64,000 nucleotides of DNA, taken from NCBI GenBank assembly GCA_963840855.1, contig CAWJBB010000010.1:1-64000 (forward strand), read 5' to 3'. The DNA is from an uncultured delta proteobacterium. GTDB taxonomy: Bacteria; Desulfobacterota; Binatia; UBA9968. The position numbers were made by a program, and so were the translations under genes. Every line of letters starts with the position of its first letter. Position 1 is the stretch's first letter. The notes beneath the pieces were generated by a model. The model worked only from the letters and a program-made list of their open reading frames with translations, did not search any database and was not told where the DNA came from. This document shows, piece by piece, positions 63,223 to 64,000 of this stretch.

Positions 63223-63272
63223 TCTGGATCGCTACGCGGCCAAAGGTGTGGGGAGGACTGGGTATAGTTAAC

Positions 63273-64000
63273 ATGTTCAGCCGAAAAACTTCGTCGGCCA
63301 AGTACCGCGCCGTCGCTTTGGTTCCGCTGCTCCTTTCACTCTTCGGCATGCCTTGCTGGGGGCAAAATCAAAGGACAATGCCGTTCTACGAGGGGAAAAC
63401 CATTCAGATTCTGGTTGCCGCCGGTCCCGGCGCGACAACCGATATTTCAGCGCGACTCGTTGGGCGTTTTTTCGGTAAACATGTCCCAGGAAATCCCAAT
63501 GTTCTCGTGCAGAACGTGCCCGGAGCCGGCGGGGTAGTCGCGGCTAATCAGGTTTACAATCTCACTAAACCGGACGGACTTACGCTTTTGGCGGTCACCC
63601 GGTCGAATTATTTGGATCAGATGGTGGGTAAACCTGAAGTCAGATTTGATTTTCGCAAATTTGGTTGGATTGGTAGTTTCAATAAAGCGCCGATGATGAC
63701 GGCGTGCCGTTCGGACACGCCCTATAAGAGCATTGCCGCCATCCGCGCGGCGAAAACGCCGCCGCGCTTCGGGCAAGCGGGTACGGGAAGCATCAGTTAT
63801 GTCTTTGCCAACCTGATCAGTAAAACATTTGATATGAAGATCAAAAACGTCCTCGGTTATGGTTCTGGCCGTGAGATCGATCTGGGGATGGAGCGGGGCG
63901 AGGCGGATTGCCGGGCTACTTCGGACATCACGGTGATTCGCACGCCGTGGAACAGCTGGGTAAAAGAAAACTGGGTTACCTTCGTGGTTCAGCAGGGACC
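63273..64000 (+). CDS. Second Bug/TctC substrate-binding protein (runs off the window end)
   Basis: Open frame from ATG 63273 with FYEGKTI, PGNPNV, NVPGAGG, KPDGLT, MERGEAD. Confidence 0.85.
   Translation, partial: MFSRKTSSAKYRAVALVPLLLSLFGMPCWGQNQRTMPFYEGKTIQILVAAGPGATTDISARLVGRFFGKHVPGNPNVLVQNVPGAGGVVAANQVYNLTKPDGLTLLAVTRSNYLDQMVGKPEVRFDFRKFGWIGSFNKAPMMTACRSDTPYKSIAAIRAAKTPPRFGQAGTGSISYVFANLISKTFDMKIKNVLGYGSGREIDLGMERGEADCRATSDITVIRTPWNSWVKENWVTFVVQQG

Overview
Bacterial genomic window, roughly 55-60% GC by eye. Gene content suggests a Deltaproteobacteria-like lineage, possibly Binatota (inference only). Positions 1-12776 are a decayed genomic island next to tRNA-Pro(CGG). It carries small secreted/lipoproteins, an ORF-less group II intron, a sigma54-driven pilX-pilY1 cassette, two ATP-dependent ligase remnants, an IS21 element and a 5'-truncated tyrosine integrase. 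The core region has rpe-rsmB-fmt-def-priA, pilMNOPQ-aroC-aroK-aroB-aroQ, a TonB/ExbBD locus, ArnT-like, DedA and UPF0182 genes. Further right are a five-gene B12-radical SAM/SDR/FAD oxidase/heme-oxygenase-like diiron/O-methyltransferase cluster, vapBC, iron-type ABC genes, a DHH-archease-rtcB locus, and TcuA-like/ETF/TctC genes. The top finding is in rtcB: an in-frame TGA sits exactly at the metal-binding Cys (GYDIN*GVRL) and is followed by a SECIS-like hairpin, making it a candidate selenocysteine RNA ligase. Many genes carry single frameshifts, probably long-read indel errors. All family calls come from motif recognition, not database searches.
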